A stretch of DNA of 49,767 nucleotides from Gonapodya sp. JEL0774 (lineage: Eukaryota), in assembly GCA_027604505.1 (NCBI GenBank), contig JADIIX010000039.1, positions 124,001 to 173,767 on the forward strand, given 5' to 3'. The translations under genes were made by a program, and so were the position numbers. Shown piece after piece: positions 12,167-23,990 of this stretch. Positions within the stretch are counted from its first letter, which is position 1, and every line of letters starts with the position of its first letter. Under the pieces are notes generated by a model. The model saw only the letters and a program-made list of their open reading frames with translations, searched no databases and had not been told where the DNA came from.

Positions 12167-13306
12167 CGAAGTATGTGATGCGTTTCCGTCTTCACTTTTA
12201 AGCAAGAATGAAATGGGGGTTTTTGGAGGATGTGGTGAGAGTTCGCGAACCGGTATGTGCCCGGACAAGACGGCTGTTGTCTGCCGAAGATCCCTCTGTC
12301 AGTCCCCGACAGCACCGACCCGATCACTACTCCACTCACCGATCACTTTACTGGCATCCCCGTGAGCCCAAATCACGTTGTAAAATCCATCTGAAAGGGG
12401 GAACAGACAGTTTACTGTAAAATTGATGTCTCTTCATTTTTTCGTGGTCAGAACAGTCAAGGTGGACTAAATCGAAAGGAAGGTCAGTACACTGACCCCT
12501 ACTGTGGACTGTGAAAATGGGGGATGTGAGCATCTTGGATGGCTCCCATTGCGATATCTGGAGTGTATTTTTTGAGGCAATAATCACGAAGTCAGTGGTT
12601 GGTGTTGGGGGGGTGTTGTTTGGGTGGAGAAGTTGCTCGAAATCAGTCAAAAAATATAGAAGCACGTTAGTGAACAAATACAAAGCAAGAACCTTGGCTT
12701 GCAACCTAAAGTTAACTACCATTGGTTTGACGCGATTCAGGGGTTGCGATGGATGTGGTGGGGGAGGAAACGGTCTCAAAACGTGGGGCATCAAGCTGGT
12801 GCATTGAGCACTACTGAGTGGTCAGTCTGGTCTTCTCCGTACATCACCTAAACCATTTCCGTGCACACTACTACCATTTCTGAGACGGCACACATCTAGA
12901 TTACGTGCTTGTGCACAACTTTCTCCACTGTAGTCATCAGGGCTGACCAAAATTGAGCTGTCTGGAGCAATATGAACAAGGTGGATCAGCGAAAGACAAT
13001 TTTCATCATCCGATTTATCAACACCACCATCATGTCGTACGTCTGCTGCAAGGAGTCTGACAGAGCGAATCACTAGCTTTCAATGCATGTTTATTTGGGT
13101 TTCTCAAAAAAAATTCCGTTCTTAGACGCCAATATAAGGGCAGTCTAGTCGAGTATGCATGACCGCTTGGGCTCGTTTCATCCTCAGTATTATTACAACC
13201 ATCCATGGTTGCATAAATATGTATTTCGGGTATGTATTATCTTTGTTTTGTCTCTGAACACTCCTGGCCACGACGACCGTTAATACAACTGAACCAATCA
13301 CCCAAA

Positions 13307-15021
13307 ATGACAGAAACACCAACAGTAGTAACACCGAGCGCACCCATTGAGAACTCTATTACATCGACTGTAACCAATGGTGGCAAGCCAGAGCGTGTGT
13401 GGGTGGACATTGGAGCTGACGCGGACGTTCCAGTTACAGAGTTGGAATCGTTGTGTATGAACTGCCACGAACAGGTCCGTTCAGAAAGCTTTGCATTGGA
13501 GTTTGACTTTCACGGGGATCTAGCTGACCTGCATGGAATGTCTGCTGATAATGTCCACTGGCTTCGAACATCTTCTCCTTCCAATCTGCTTCCAAATTCC
13601 TTGCTAGGGCAACACTCGTCTTCTCCTCACCAAAATTCCTTATTTTCGCGAAATAATTATATCCGCCTTTGAGTGCCCTCACTGTCACTTTCGTGACAGC
13701 TTCATTCAGTCTGCTGGTTCTATTCAGGAAAAGGGTGTTCGGCATACCGTTCACATCCGGTCTAAACTTGACCTCAACCGTCAGATCGTCAAGTCGGATA
13801 CGGCATCGGTACGGTTTGTGGAGATCGACTTTGAGATCCCGGCCCAAAGAGGTGTTCTGACGACAGTGGAGGGACTCATCCAAACTTCTGTGGACGAGAT
13901 ATCAGCGGACCAACCGCTCAGGAAAGTTCAAGATGAAGAGACATGGAGGAAGATCGAAGAATTTCTGGACAAACTTAGGGGTTTGTCGGAGTTGAAGGAC
14001 CCAGCTGGATTTCACGTTGTCGTAGAAGATCCGTCGGGCAACAGCTTTGTGGAAAATCTGTAAGTCTGATGATGAGCTTTGATCCTACTGCAGCGTAGAG
14101 GACTATGATTAATGGCTTGCACGTAGTGTGGCTCCCTCCACGGACCCTCAAATCTCTACGCAGTACTTTACTCGAACCCTTGAGCAAGATGAACAGCTTG
14201 GTATCGGTACTGCTGCCGAGGAACAGCAAGAGGAAGATGGTGCAGCTGTGGACCCACACAGCCGTGAGTGCCTCCAGCTCGTTGTCTTGTAAGCTTCCAT
14301 GCTCACCACGCCGCTGTCCTCTCCCATACACTCCACAGTTAACGCCGACTCCGCCAACATCCCCGAAGTCATGCACTTTCCAGCATCCTGTTCCTCCTGC
14401 GGTGCCCCTGGGGAAACCCGGATGCACGTAATCTCCATCCCTTATTTCAAAGAAATGGTCCTCATGTCCACGTCTTGTGACGCGTGTGGATACAAATCTA
14501 ACGAGGTCAAAGCTGGCGGCGCTATATCTCCCAAAGGACGGCGTATCACACTTAAAGTCACAGACAGGGAGGATTTAAGCAGGGATTTGTTGAAGAGTGA
14601 AACTTGTGGCCTGCAAGTGCCCGAAGTGGATTTGGAACTTACCTTCGGTACGCTGGGGGGGAGGTTCACAACGCTGGAGGGTCTTTTGGTTCAGGTCCGT
14701 GACGAGCTAGCCAGTAAGCTGCCTTTCATTGAAGGGGACTCGGTGACAGCAGAACGGAAGCGAGTTTTTGATTCTTTCATCAGCAAACTTGCTTCGTTGT
14801 TAAACATGGAAGTGTTACCGTGGACGCTTGTACTTGATGACCCCTTGGGAAACTCTTATCTGCAGAATCCTTATGCTCCAGATCCGGATCCGAACATGAC
14901 CGTGGAAGATTATACGAGAACCGTGGAACAGGACGAGGAATGGGGTATTAGTGATATGAAAACAGAAGGTTATGAAGATGGTGAGAAGTCTGATGAACAG
15001 AAGGGAGAAGAACTTATATAG
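13307..15021 (+). CDS. ZPR1: Zinc-finger chaperone ZPR1 (two ZnF + A/B modules)
   Basis: ELESLCMNCHEQ|GNTRLLLTKIPYFREIIISAFECPHC..LNRQIVKSD..TTVEGL..EDPSGNSFVEN, then a second module CSSCGAPGETRM..IPYFKE..CDACGYKSNEVKAGGAI..DLSRDLLKSETC..GTLGGRFTTLEGLL..DDPLGNSYLQNPYAPDPDP. Confidence 0.97.
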
Positions 15022-15239
15022 AGACATGGGGGTGTGAACCACCCGGACTTTTCATTGACCTTATGCTATATCATAGATTTTAAAGCATCACAGTGTGTAT
15101 ATTGTGTGCAATCGCAACCCTCCATCATTGGTGAACCGAGAGATCGGTCATGTGATCGTGTTCGGCCGATGAAGTCCGTGGTGGTGCAAACCCGAGTCCG
15201 GATTCCAATCAAACGTATTCGCTGGAGAACTCGGCAACG

Positions 15240-17434
15240 ATGAGCGGTAAGCAAAGATTTATGCACATGAAGCTGAAGATAATGAACGGAACCCGAATCG
15301 ACTGCGGGCAGTTGCAGGATGTTGGTTGCCGGGACCGGGCAGTCGACGAAGGCGGAGGCGGGAAGGAGAGGGTTGGTTGGACCGATTATTTTGGAAATTA
15401 TTTGACCAGAACAGGAATTTCAAGATAGTTCGGAAAACGTTTCGACCAAGCGATGGGGAGCATCGAGCCAACCGTGTCTCGTTTCAAATCACACAGCCGC
15501 AGACGACGACCTTGACGCTCTTCTTGACAGTGAGTCTGCTATCTTAATTTTCTGAGGGGGTTTCGCTCATTCACCTGCTTCTATTGTACCCGACGTGGTG
15601 CTGCTTCCTTCACTCTATCAATTCTGCCTTCCAACGAAACCCCTATGCAGATGTTCTTGATGACTTCAATACCCCTCTTCCAACCGTCAATCCCGCGATT
15701 TCTTCTCAACTCGCAAATCCGCTCGGCTCTATTTCGACCTCCTCATCTTCCTTCACCACCGCCCCACTCCCGGACCTCGATGACGACCTTTCCCTCCAAC
15801 TCGCTCGTGGAATGGAAGCACTCCTCGCTGCTGCAGCGACAGATGGTGCATCGGCTGAGGATGATGGCGAGGCCGCAAGAGAGGTCAGAGACGCCTTTAG
15901 GCGGTTTGTCGAAACCGCGGGATCGTCAATGATCAGTGGCGAACAAACTTTGGCCGCTGCCGCGGATTCTTCTTCAACCACATTCTCCGCCACCTCTCGT
16001 GACAACAAAGGGAAAGGGGCTTCCTCCCCTTTCTCCGGCCCCGCTCCCCCATTACCCAATCCCTCCGTACCCGCTGTCACGGGGCCCCCGCTGTCCTTCC
16101 AGGATGCGATCAACAAAACTATGGAGCGGATGAAAGAGGGAAAGGAGGAATTAAACGTGCGTTCACGGGACGAGTGCGCAAACGATGGCGAACGAGGAGT
16201 GAGGCTTCCAATAATTGGAGGACAATGCTGTTCTCAAAATGGGTGGCCAGCCGACTTGGAGTTCGAGGACTGCAAGTTGCCATACCATTCCTTGCTTTGT
16301 CCATCTTGGAACACTTGACTCCCCACTCAAATTGACGCTGTTAGGTTGTGGGTGTGACTCTTGTAGGACCCAGAGTTATCCCGGGTTTCGTTCAATCTGG
16401 AATGTGAACCGCTCTCGATGTCAGAGAAGGGTCGAGAATTCAATGTTTTCTAATAATCACTTCTCCAACCCCAACGCTCTCATGACTTTACCTCCTCTTC
16501 CCTTTTGTACGCGCTCTCAGATTGCCAACCCCGGGCCTGCCGACCTGGACGCCCTGATGAAGAATTTCGAGGCACTGCTCGGACCCGACGGCGCAGAAGG
16601 GCTAGATAAAATGATGGAGCAGATGTTAAGCAAAGAGATTATGTACGAGCCAATGAGGGATATGGGCAAGGAGGTAAGTTCAGGATACGGGGACAATGGA
16701 CAAGTGACGTTGGTGATTGAAGTCTGCATTTTGACGAGGCAGGGATGATTTGAAAGCTCGGATGGTTGCGGAATCGCAGCAAGGAGTTAGAGTGGCAAAG
16801 GGAAGGGGGGAGGGGGGGGGGGGGGGGTAGAGTTTCCCCTGAAGAGAGTCGCAGAAGGACGAACCCGAAAGGGGACTAAGGTTCCCATGTAGGAAACCAG
16901 ATGGGCGAGGTGGTGGGTGTAAGCGGGAACAACAATGTCAATCTGGCGGCCCTTGTGTGGCAGCAAGGTCATCCCTCCTGCCCTCTATCCCACCTTTCGC
17001 GTTTCCCCCCTTGGCTGCAGTATCCTCCTTACCTCGCGCGCAATGCCACCAACCCCTCGGACCCTGACGAGTTTCAGCGTGCCCAACGGCAGTACGACAC
17101 CATTAAGGAAATTGTTGCGCTGTATGAAAAGCAACCAGGAGAACCAGATGAGGCCGGGCGGAAAAGAGTGGCGGAGTTGATGCAGATTGTAAGCGAAGAA
17201 TTCGCTAAAGTTCTGTCAATGTTTGTTCTTGGGTTCTGATTTCAAGCATATGGGTACCGTGACCTCCAGATGCAAGACCTCGGCAACCCTCCTGCAGAAA
17301 TTGTCAAAGCAATGGCGCCTGAAATGGAAGTCGACGCAGATGGGCGACCCAAAATGCCAAACTTGCCCGGTATGGGTATGCCGGGTATGCCTGGTATGCC
17401 GGATTTGGATGTGCCAGAGTGTAAGGGTCAATAG
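15240..17434 (+). CDS. PEX19: Peroxin 19 (peroxisomal membrane protein chaperone/receptor), multi-exon
   Basis: A 7-nt first coding exon (ATGAGCG|gtaagc) splices to give MSAADDDLDALLDNVLDDF. Further motifs: FQDAINKTMERMK; MMEQMLSKEIMYEPMRDM..YPPYL..RAQRQY..MQDLGNPPAEIV. The C-terminus is the CaaX-like CKGQ*. Confidence 0.93.
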
Positions 17435-17825
17435 AGGGGACACAATTGAAGGGTGAAATGATGCAATTAAGTACGAATGGCAAATTTTGATTTACTACGC
17501 TTGTGAAATAAGAATCGGAATGATGAAAAGGAAATTTTGAAGACACCAATCAGTTGTCGTACTGTCTATGGTGACGCAGTTCCTTGTGCAGTTGTCTGTC
17601 CCCAGGCACGACAGAAGAATTGCTTGTTCCTTCCCTCGCAAAGTAATTGCTTGATAACAATCGCAGTGATTAGTGCGAGGCAGCGCCACAATTGAACTAC
17701 TTTTTGCTTCACAGTCCTTCGCAGTCCCTCGCCGTGCTTCGCGGATTTCGCCTTGGCAACAAAAGTATTTAAGCAAGTAGGTTAGTGACACCTGCAATCG
17801 TTTTCAGATCAACTCACTAATTCAA

Positions 17826-20062
17826 ATGGTATTCAATCCATTCATGAAAACCGCTCTCATAGCGGTTTTGGCCATCACTGTCGCTGCTGATAATGGGCAA
17901 GCCCAGCAGCTTAATGGACCCATCATTCAAGCCATCGACCGATTTCGGGATGCCGTCAACGGTACTGTGTCGGTGAACGCCGGCAGTAACGGATCTGTGG
18001 TAGTGGTGATCAATTTGCCTCAACCGAATGTCAGCAGAGCTGGGTTGGTAGGGCTGGTGGAGAGAATCAAGAACGGTACTCTGGAGGTCGCAAAGAAGTT
18101 CGATAATTTGAATAGAACTCGGTGAGTGGGTCTGGTTGGTTCTACGGTCAACGATTCTTGTTGGTCTCCCAAACTTTTGTTCCCTTCTCACGCTCTTATC
18201 TCTTCTACCACCTCCAGTCCCAACATATACCCACCCAAGGAGACCCTTCGCTACATCAACAATTTTACTAACACGACTATCGACCAAATCTGGAACCAAA
18301 CCGTAGACGCATGGAAGAAGGCGGGCAATGCCACACTTGGCCGAGTCCCGGAATGGCTTCGGTCGTTCTCCGCAAACGAAAGCTTCACTGTAGATGCCAA
18401 GTTCTCGTTTGCGGGCGGAGTATCTATTGGACAGACGGAGTTTTCTGGAAACCTGTCAGCGCAGTGCCGGATCAGGGGCGGGTTGAACATGACCTTGGCC
18501 GAAGGCAACTACACGGGCATGAAGGAGGACGCGGAGATGTGGTGAGTGTCTCGGCTGTGAGACCTATTTTTCTCTCAGCCGCTGCAACTCGCACCTTAAC
18601 TAGGAACACCTACAAGATGTCGTTCCCGCTCTACAACAACCGCACTGGTCTCAAGATTGTTGATGTACCTGTCAACATGAGGCGAAGGGTCAGCAGGGCC
18701 GGTGGTGACATTGTTGCGATCGAGCAGCGGATGCTCTCGAACAACGGGACCGAAGCTTCCAAACTCCGAATTTCGGTGGGATTTGCAACATACCCGATGT
18801 TCACCATTCGATGTAAGTGATGTACCCAATCATTGAATGCTTCTGCAATGTTTGAACTGATGAATGGGTCCCGACGTGTGTTTCACATTCAGACTGGTCG
18901 GCAGACAAGGCCAACAACGCAACGGCTATTGAAGACTTCAACCTCCACTTTGCACTCCACCGCGTTGTCGAATACACAGACTTTATGACAGTTGCTGGGT
19001 CTGACTCCTTTATCTCGCTCTTGAAGAATGCTTCGGCCCTCACGATGACGAATGTGACCTGGAACCAAGTTCCTGGAAACGGAACCGTTCCCCCTCTCTT
19101 CAATGCTCAATTTGCACTCGTGCACACGAAATCAGGTGCAACTATTACGTTCAAGATTTCAGGCGCGCCGCAGGATATGACTTTGGACAAGACTCTTGGG
19201 ACTGCGGTGCGTGGAAAGCGCTGGATCGACCGATTTGGTGGTCTGAGAGACGAAACTTGTGTCAACTGCACTTCTGATCACGTTACAGATTCCCCGAGAC
19301 GGTCTCAAATTCGACTTCCAAGTCGATTCGTTTCCCTTCAAGTACAATACCACGGATAACCCCAGGATCGCCGTCCTTGCTTCGATCACTTCCGCAACGC
19401 GTACCCGCTACTTCACTAATGACACCATGTCCATTGGTGCCAGCTCATTTGGTCAGCTTGCGTGGACCCGCGTGGCGACTGCTGCATACGCAAATGCCTC
19501 GAGTCCGTCAGGTTTGACCTCGACCTACGTCACCGTTACTGCCGATGCTCAGGATGTTGTGTCCGTGTCGGACAATGAGTTCAATGGCGAGGCATATGTT
19601 GCCAGGAACTTCAGCATCTCGTATGTTGCGTTCAAGTTTGACAAGGAAGCAGCAGTGCCAGCACCTGTGAGCCTCCACTGGGACCCGCAAACTGGAACCA
19701 ACCAAGCCGGTGAGCAGCTTCGCACATGATCAAATCAATGCGTAGATTAGTGGCGTCTTCTAACTTTTGACCTTGATCGAAACTTAGCCTTGGATGTTGC
19801 GTCTGCCGACTCAACCTTGTCAACTGACTACGTCGCTCAAGCGGATGCAGCTAACAGCACACCAACTTTACCGGTGGCTGCAATTGTTGGGATTGTGGTT
19901 GGTGGAGTGAGTATTTCTTTCTAGAGTCCTCGCCAGGAATCCTTTTGACCCGCGCATTGCACGTATGGACAGACTGTTGTGATTGGTGCCGTCGCTGGAA
20001 TAGCAGTCTTTATGAGCCGAAAAAAGACTGCGTCAAAACTTGGATCAGCACCCGCTTTGTAA
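17826..20062 (+). CDS. Uncharacterised secreted type-I single-pass membrane glycoprotein, multi-exon
   Basis: Signal-peptide-like MVFNPFMKTALIAVLAITVAA, a beta-rich ectodomain with many N-x-S/T sequons, a TM segment LPVAAIVGIVVGG|TVVIGAVAGIAVF and a short basic tail MSRKKTASKLGSAPAL*. Canonical introns link the ORF pieces. Confidence 0.8.
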
Positions 20063-21558
20063 ACAATTATGAACGAAACGATTATAGGGATACCTTTCGA
20101 ATACATATACACATCACATGATTCGGTGAGGTGCAAGGGCAGCCCACCCCCTTCTCCTTCCTTCTTCACCATTATAGCATTCTACAGTGAGTCTCCAACT
20201 ATCTCCACAGGGTCACGAGTCGGTTTCCGTGAATGACTGCACCCGAAAATGAAGACATCTTTGGTAGACGCTACCCCTTCCAAAATGCGACTTCTCATAC
20301 CGCCGTATCCCACACACATCGTTGCTCAAACGTCCTCCCGTTCATCTTCCCCCGAAGAATGCGGTCTGAGTCGACGCATGATCAGTGATGTTCGTAGTGA
20401 CCTCGGAATAGAGTAATGTCGTGGAACGGGCGATGTGCGAGGAAAGGCGAATCGGATAGAAAGGGCAATGTCAACCTGAGAATCGACGATGCCGTGGTGG
20501 AATCTCCTCCACAGCAACATGGGCAGGAATCGGAATGGGCTTGCCACTTATGCATGGCCCTTTTGTGATCTGACCTCCTTTGTCTCTAGCGCTAATAGAC
20601 ACCCGTCACATAAATCCCGCAATGTTCCGCAATTGATACTGTGAGTCTTTGTCATTGTTTTTGCCTTCTTGCCTGAAAGCGCAATGATGTAAATACAAAA
20701 GCAGGACGGGGGAAACCTGGGATGACCCGCATTCTCTAAGAAGTCCTGAGCGCAAGATTACTTCTGCGATTCACGCACTTTGTTTACCGAATTGATGCCC
20801 CGTGAATATGGAAGCAGTTTCTCACTCAGTGCCTCTTTGATTCAGGTACTTTCTTCGCAGACACATGGAGCCCTTCCTTGATCCCAGTGAGTTCCACCTC
20901 ATTCGCCCACCCACCCATCATCCGCCCTCTTTCGTACCTTTTCTTTTCGATGCCATGCAATGATATGATTACACCAAACCGTTTTACCATATCTGTCAAT
21001 CCTCAGAGCACACCCTTGAAGGGTTGGCGTTGACGACAGAACGATGTAACTTCAAATGATCCATTCGAGGCATATGAATGCGATTCGGATTCTTGATTTA
21101 GCATTTTGTATCCTTCACTGACCTGGTTTTTGTTCATTGCTCCCCACCGCCCGCACTTTCACAGATTTTCATGCGAAGTTTGCCACGGCACTCCACTTTC
21201 GCCCTGACAGCCTTGATTACAGAGCAGAAAGTGAAGACTGGTCTCAGGGACACTGCTTCCACGGCTTCGCGTCTTTTCATGACAGGTATTCTAACTTGGC
21301 TGCGTGCGCTGATGATGTTTGTTGCCTCCCTTGTTGGTTCTACGTTCTTGTCAGGTTATTTATCTTCCTACTGTGTAAGCTTCGAAAGAAATAAAAGGAG
21401 AATATCATGTTTTGAACGATGGACTTTTGGAATTATATGAGAGTGTGTTGCGGAACTTTTTCGGCGAATTTATACACTAATAATGATACCCACAATTACG
21501 GCATAAAACTCCATCGCCATCTTCCCAAGCAAGCTCTCTGCAATTTTTCCAAATTATC

Positions 21559-22776
21559 ATGTCCAATATAGCGGTCATCGAAGACGCGGCAGGATACGTC
21601 TTTGAGCATTCAGTAAGAAAAGTTCCGCCAAGGTGCGATTGATCGTCACAGCCACCGCTCTCTCCTCATTGATTCTTGTGATTGAGATATCTGAAACGCC
21701 CCAAACAGCCTTGCCGAATTTCCATATACCCTATCCAACAGTGATGCATATGAAGTGGCCAAGGTCGTGGCCGCAAGTGAGTCTTGCCATTCTTGTACAC
21801 TGGGAATGTTCTCTGACCTTTGCCCCATGGAAAAGTGCGGTATTCCTCTGATGGCAAAATTGTCGGATACAAAATAGCTTTAAATCCACCCCAAAGACAA
21901 GTCCTTCTAGGAGTTCCAGCACTCATTGGCGGGTTCATTTTCGAGCACCGTGTACGCACGTCCTCGCCTGGGAGCCCTGCGCAGCTTTCTCTTGACTCCT
22001 ACAAACTCCCGGGGATCGAACTGGAAGTGGTGGTACGTGTTGGGAAAACTCTCAAAGGACAGGTCACATTGGAGGTGCGTTTCACACAGAGCTCTTTCAC
22101 TGAGGTGGTCTAAACTGCAACTTTGATGCCCGTCATTGTAGGATGTCCGCGCCGCTGTAAATATCCATTATCAAATCGATGATTGTTCTGGAATTTCATC
22201 AATACCGCATTTGCTCGATTCAGGTGACATCGGTTCATGCAGGCTTCGAGGTGATTGACAACCGGTATGGACCGACGATCTTCACGCAGGCGAAGCAGAC
22301 GACACCCACTGCGCTCATTGCCGATGGGTACGTCTATCCCTAGCTGCTTGTGCCATATGATCTGCATCGATCAACTTTTGTGGCCCTCGCTTCCTCCACC
22401 CCCTTACCCCCACAACCCCCCCCACCCCCCCTATCCCCCGTCGCACCTCCCCGTTTCCCCCCACCAAATCAGCTTTTTACACGGGAATCTTGTTCTTGGC
22501 ACTTCACCCGCTTCTATCCCTACTTCCCTTGCCAGCCTCCCAACCGCCCTCGTGCATGGGTCAGGTTCTGCGCAGGGCAAGTCAGCAGATCCCTTGAACA
22601 ACCTGCTCGCCCTTGTTCACGAGCTCGACAAGTATGGACTCGCCGTGGAGGAAGGCCACTACGTCATGACGGGTGCGACCACTGATCCACCAGTGTTCCC
22701 GTTCCCGCCTACGCGAGGGGTGAAGGTTGCAGGAACGATAGAAGGAGTGGGTCACGTGGAAGCGGTCTTTGAGTGA
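21559..22776 (+). CDS. 2-keto-4-pentenoate hydratase (MhpD/HpcG)-like protein, FAH superfamily; 6 exons
   Basis: Spliced product contains SNSDAYEVA, GKIVGYKIAL, PGIELEVVVRVGKTL, DVRAA|VTSVHAGFEVIDNRY, ALIADGFLHGNLVLG, ADPLNNLLALVHEL..G..VEEGHYVMTGA and GTIEGVGHVEAVF. These follow the order of MhpD-family motifs. Confidence 0.85.
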
Positions 22777-23067
22777 CCCCCGAGTGGGTTTTTGTTAGAT
22801 TTTTCGTAATAGAGAGGTCATTGTTGGAATTCACGCACAAGCCTGCTGTGCCGAGTCTGAAATGCAGGTTACATCATCCTCCTGTTCCGTAAAAAACGAA
22901 GGTCGTATAAGGGTTACCTCACCCAAGCGCCTGGCGAATTGTTCATCTCAAGTCTCATCCTGTCCGTATAGCGCTCTTGATTGGCTCTTCTGCTCTTCAT
23001 CACATCCTTTGTGATCTACCAGCAAACATTTAGTCAATCGGAACCAGCCCCCAGACTTCCTCGGAAC

Positions 23068-23785
23068 ATGACCGAATCAGAGCATCACTCAAAGCACCAC
23101 CATGACCAGTGAGTATTGACAGTTCAAGCCAAGAATTCAGGACTGAGGTGTCCATCTAGGTATGAAAAAAAACTTGAATATCTGACACACATATTCATTT
23201 GCTCTACGCTCGCATATGTCTGAATAGTCCAAAGTACCGAGAAATGGTTGGTGGGCTTGAGGTCAAGTTCGGATTCGCCGTGACTCATTCACTATTTCGG
23301 CAGATCAAAGCAGCGATCGGTAACACGAGCAAAACACGAGGAGTTGCTCCCGGTACTGTTTCGGTGCTTGAGTTCCTCCGTCTCTGCAGGAAATTCAACA
23401 GACTTTAGATTATTCGATTGTCTGAAGTCACGATCATCAAGTACATCAAGGAGCATTTCAAGGAACTCCCGCACAACGACAAGCAGATATCTCAACACGT
23501 GCGCCACGGGACTAAAGTTGGAGTCGAGTGAGTTTCTCACTGTGGCGGTTTGGAACCTTCAGACGCATTCACCAAACAATGCTATCTTCAGCGAGAAAAT
23601 CTTCTCTCGACCCAAATGCAGTCAAGGCACGCAAGATCTACTATAAGAACCATGGAAGAACGCAGACAGCCAATAAACTCCACTCCGTCTTTCTTGTAGG
23701 TCGTGTGAAAATGCGCAAGAATAGTCATGACAAGACGCTTCCGGCAAAAACAATCAAAGCCAAGATCTCTAAGTCCTCAAAGTAG
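23068..23785 (+). CDS. Minimal linker histone H1/H5 (H15 winged-helix domain) protein, about 109 aa, 6 exons
   Basis: Spliced: MTESEHHSKHHHDH PKYREM IKAAIGNTSKTRGVAP VTIIKYIKEHFKELPHNDKQISQHVRHGTKVGVD EKIFSRPKCSQ GRVKMRKNSHDKTLPAKTIKAKISKSSK*. It matches the H15 pattern HPxYxEMI..AI....RG...IxKYI.....K.GV..F..PK...GxVK (Hho1-like). Confidence 0.85.
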
Positions 23786-23990
23786 ACATTTTACTGTTCT
23801 GTGCACCGCGCGTGGGAGGGAACCTGCTTTACATAAATGGTATGCCTCCAGGATGGACCACCATTCAAGCTTTTTCTTTTGATGCAAGCTCATATGATAA
23901 TTGAGATACTTTTACGATCATGACTGGCGGAAAAAGCCCATCAATAAGAATGCAGTGACAGCCTTTGGGAACAAACAATAGTGAAACGAC

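Noticed and set aside
12348..13073. Minus-strand ORFs of 148 and 83 aa between the ERG25-like gene and ZPR1
   Set aside because: No recognisable domain and no consistent spliced model; more likely divergent promoter or 5' UTR sequence.
16800..16828. Intronic poly-G run in PEX19 (and C-rich runs at 2186-2209 and 22410-22440) as G-quadruplex elements
   Set aside because: Simple homopolymer tracts in introns with no evidence of function; one abuts an assembly gap.
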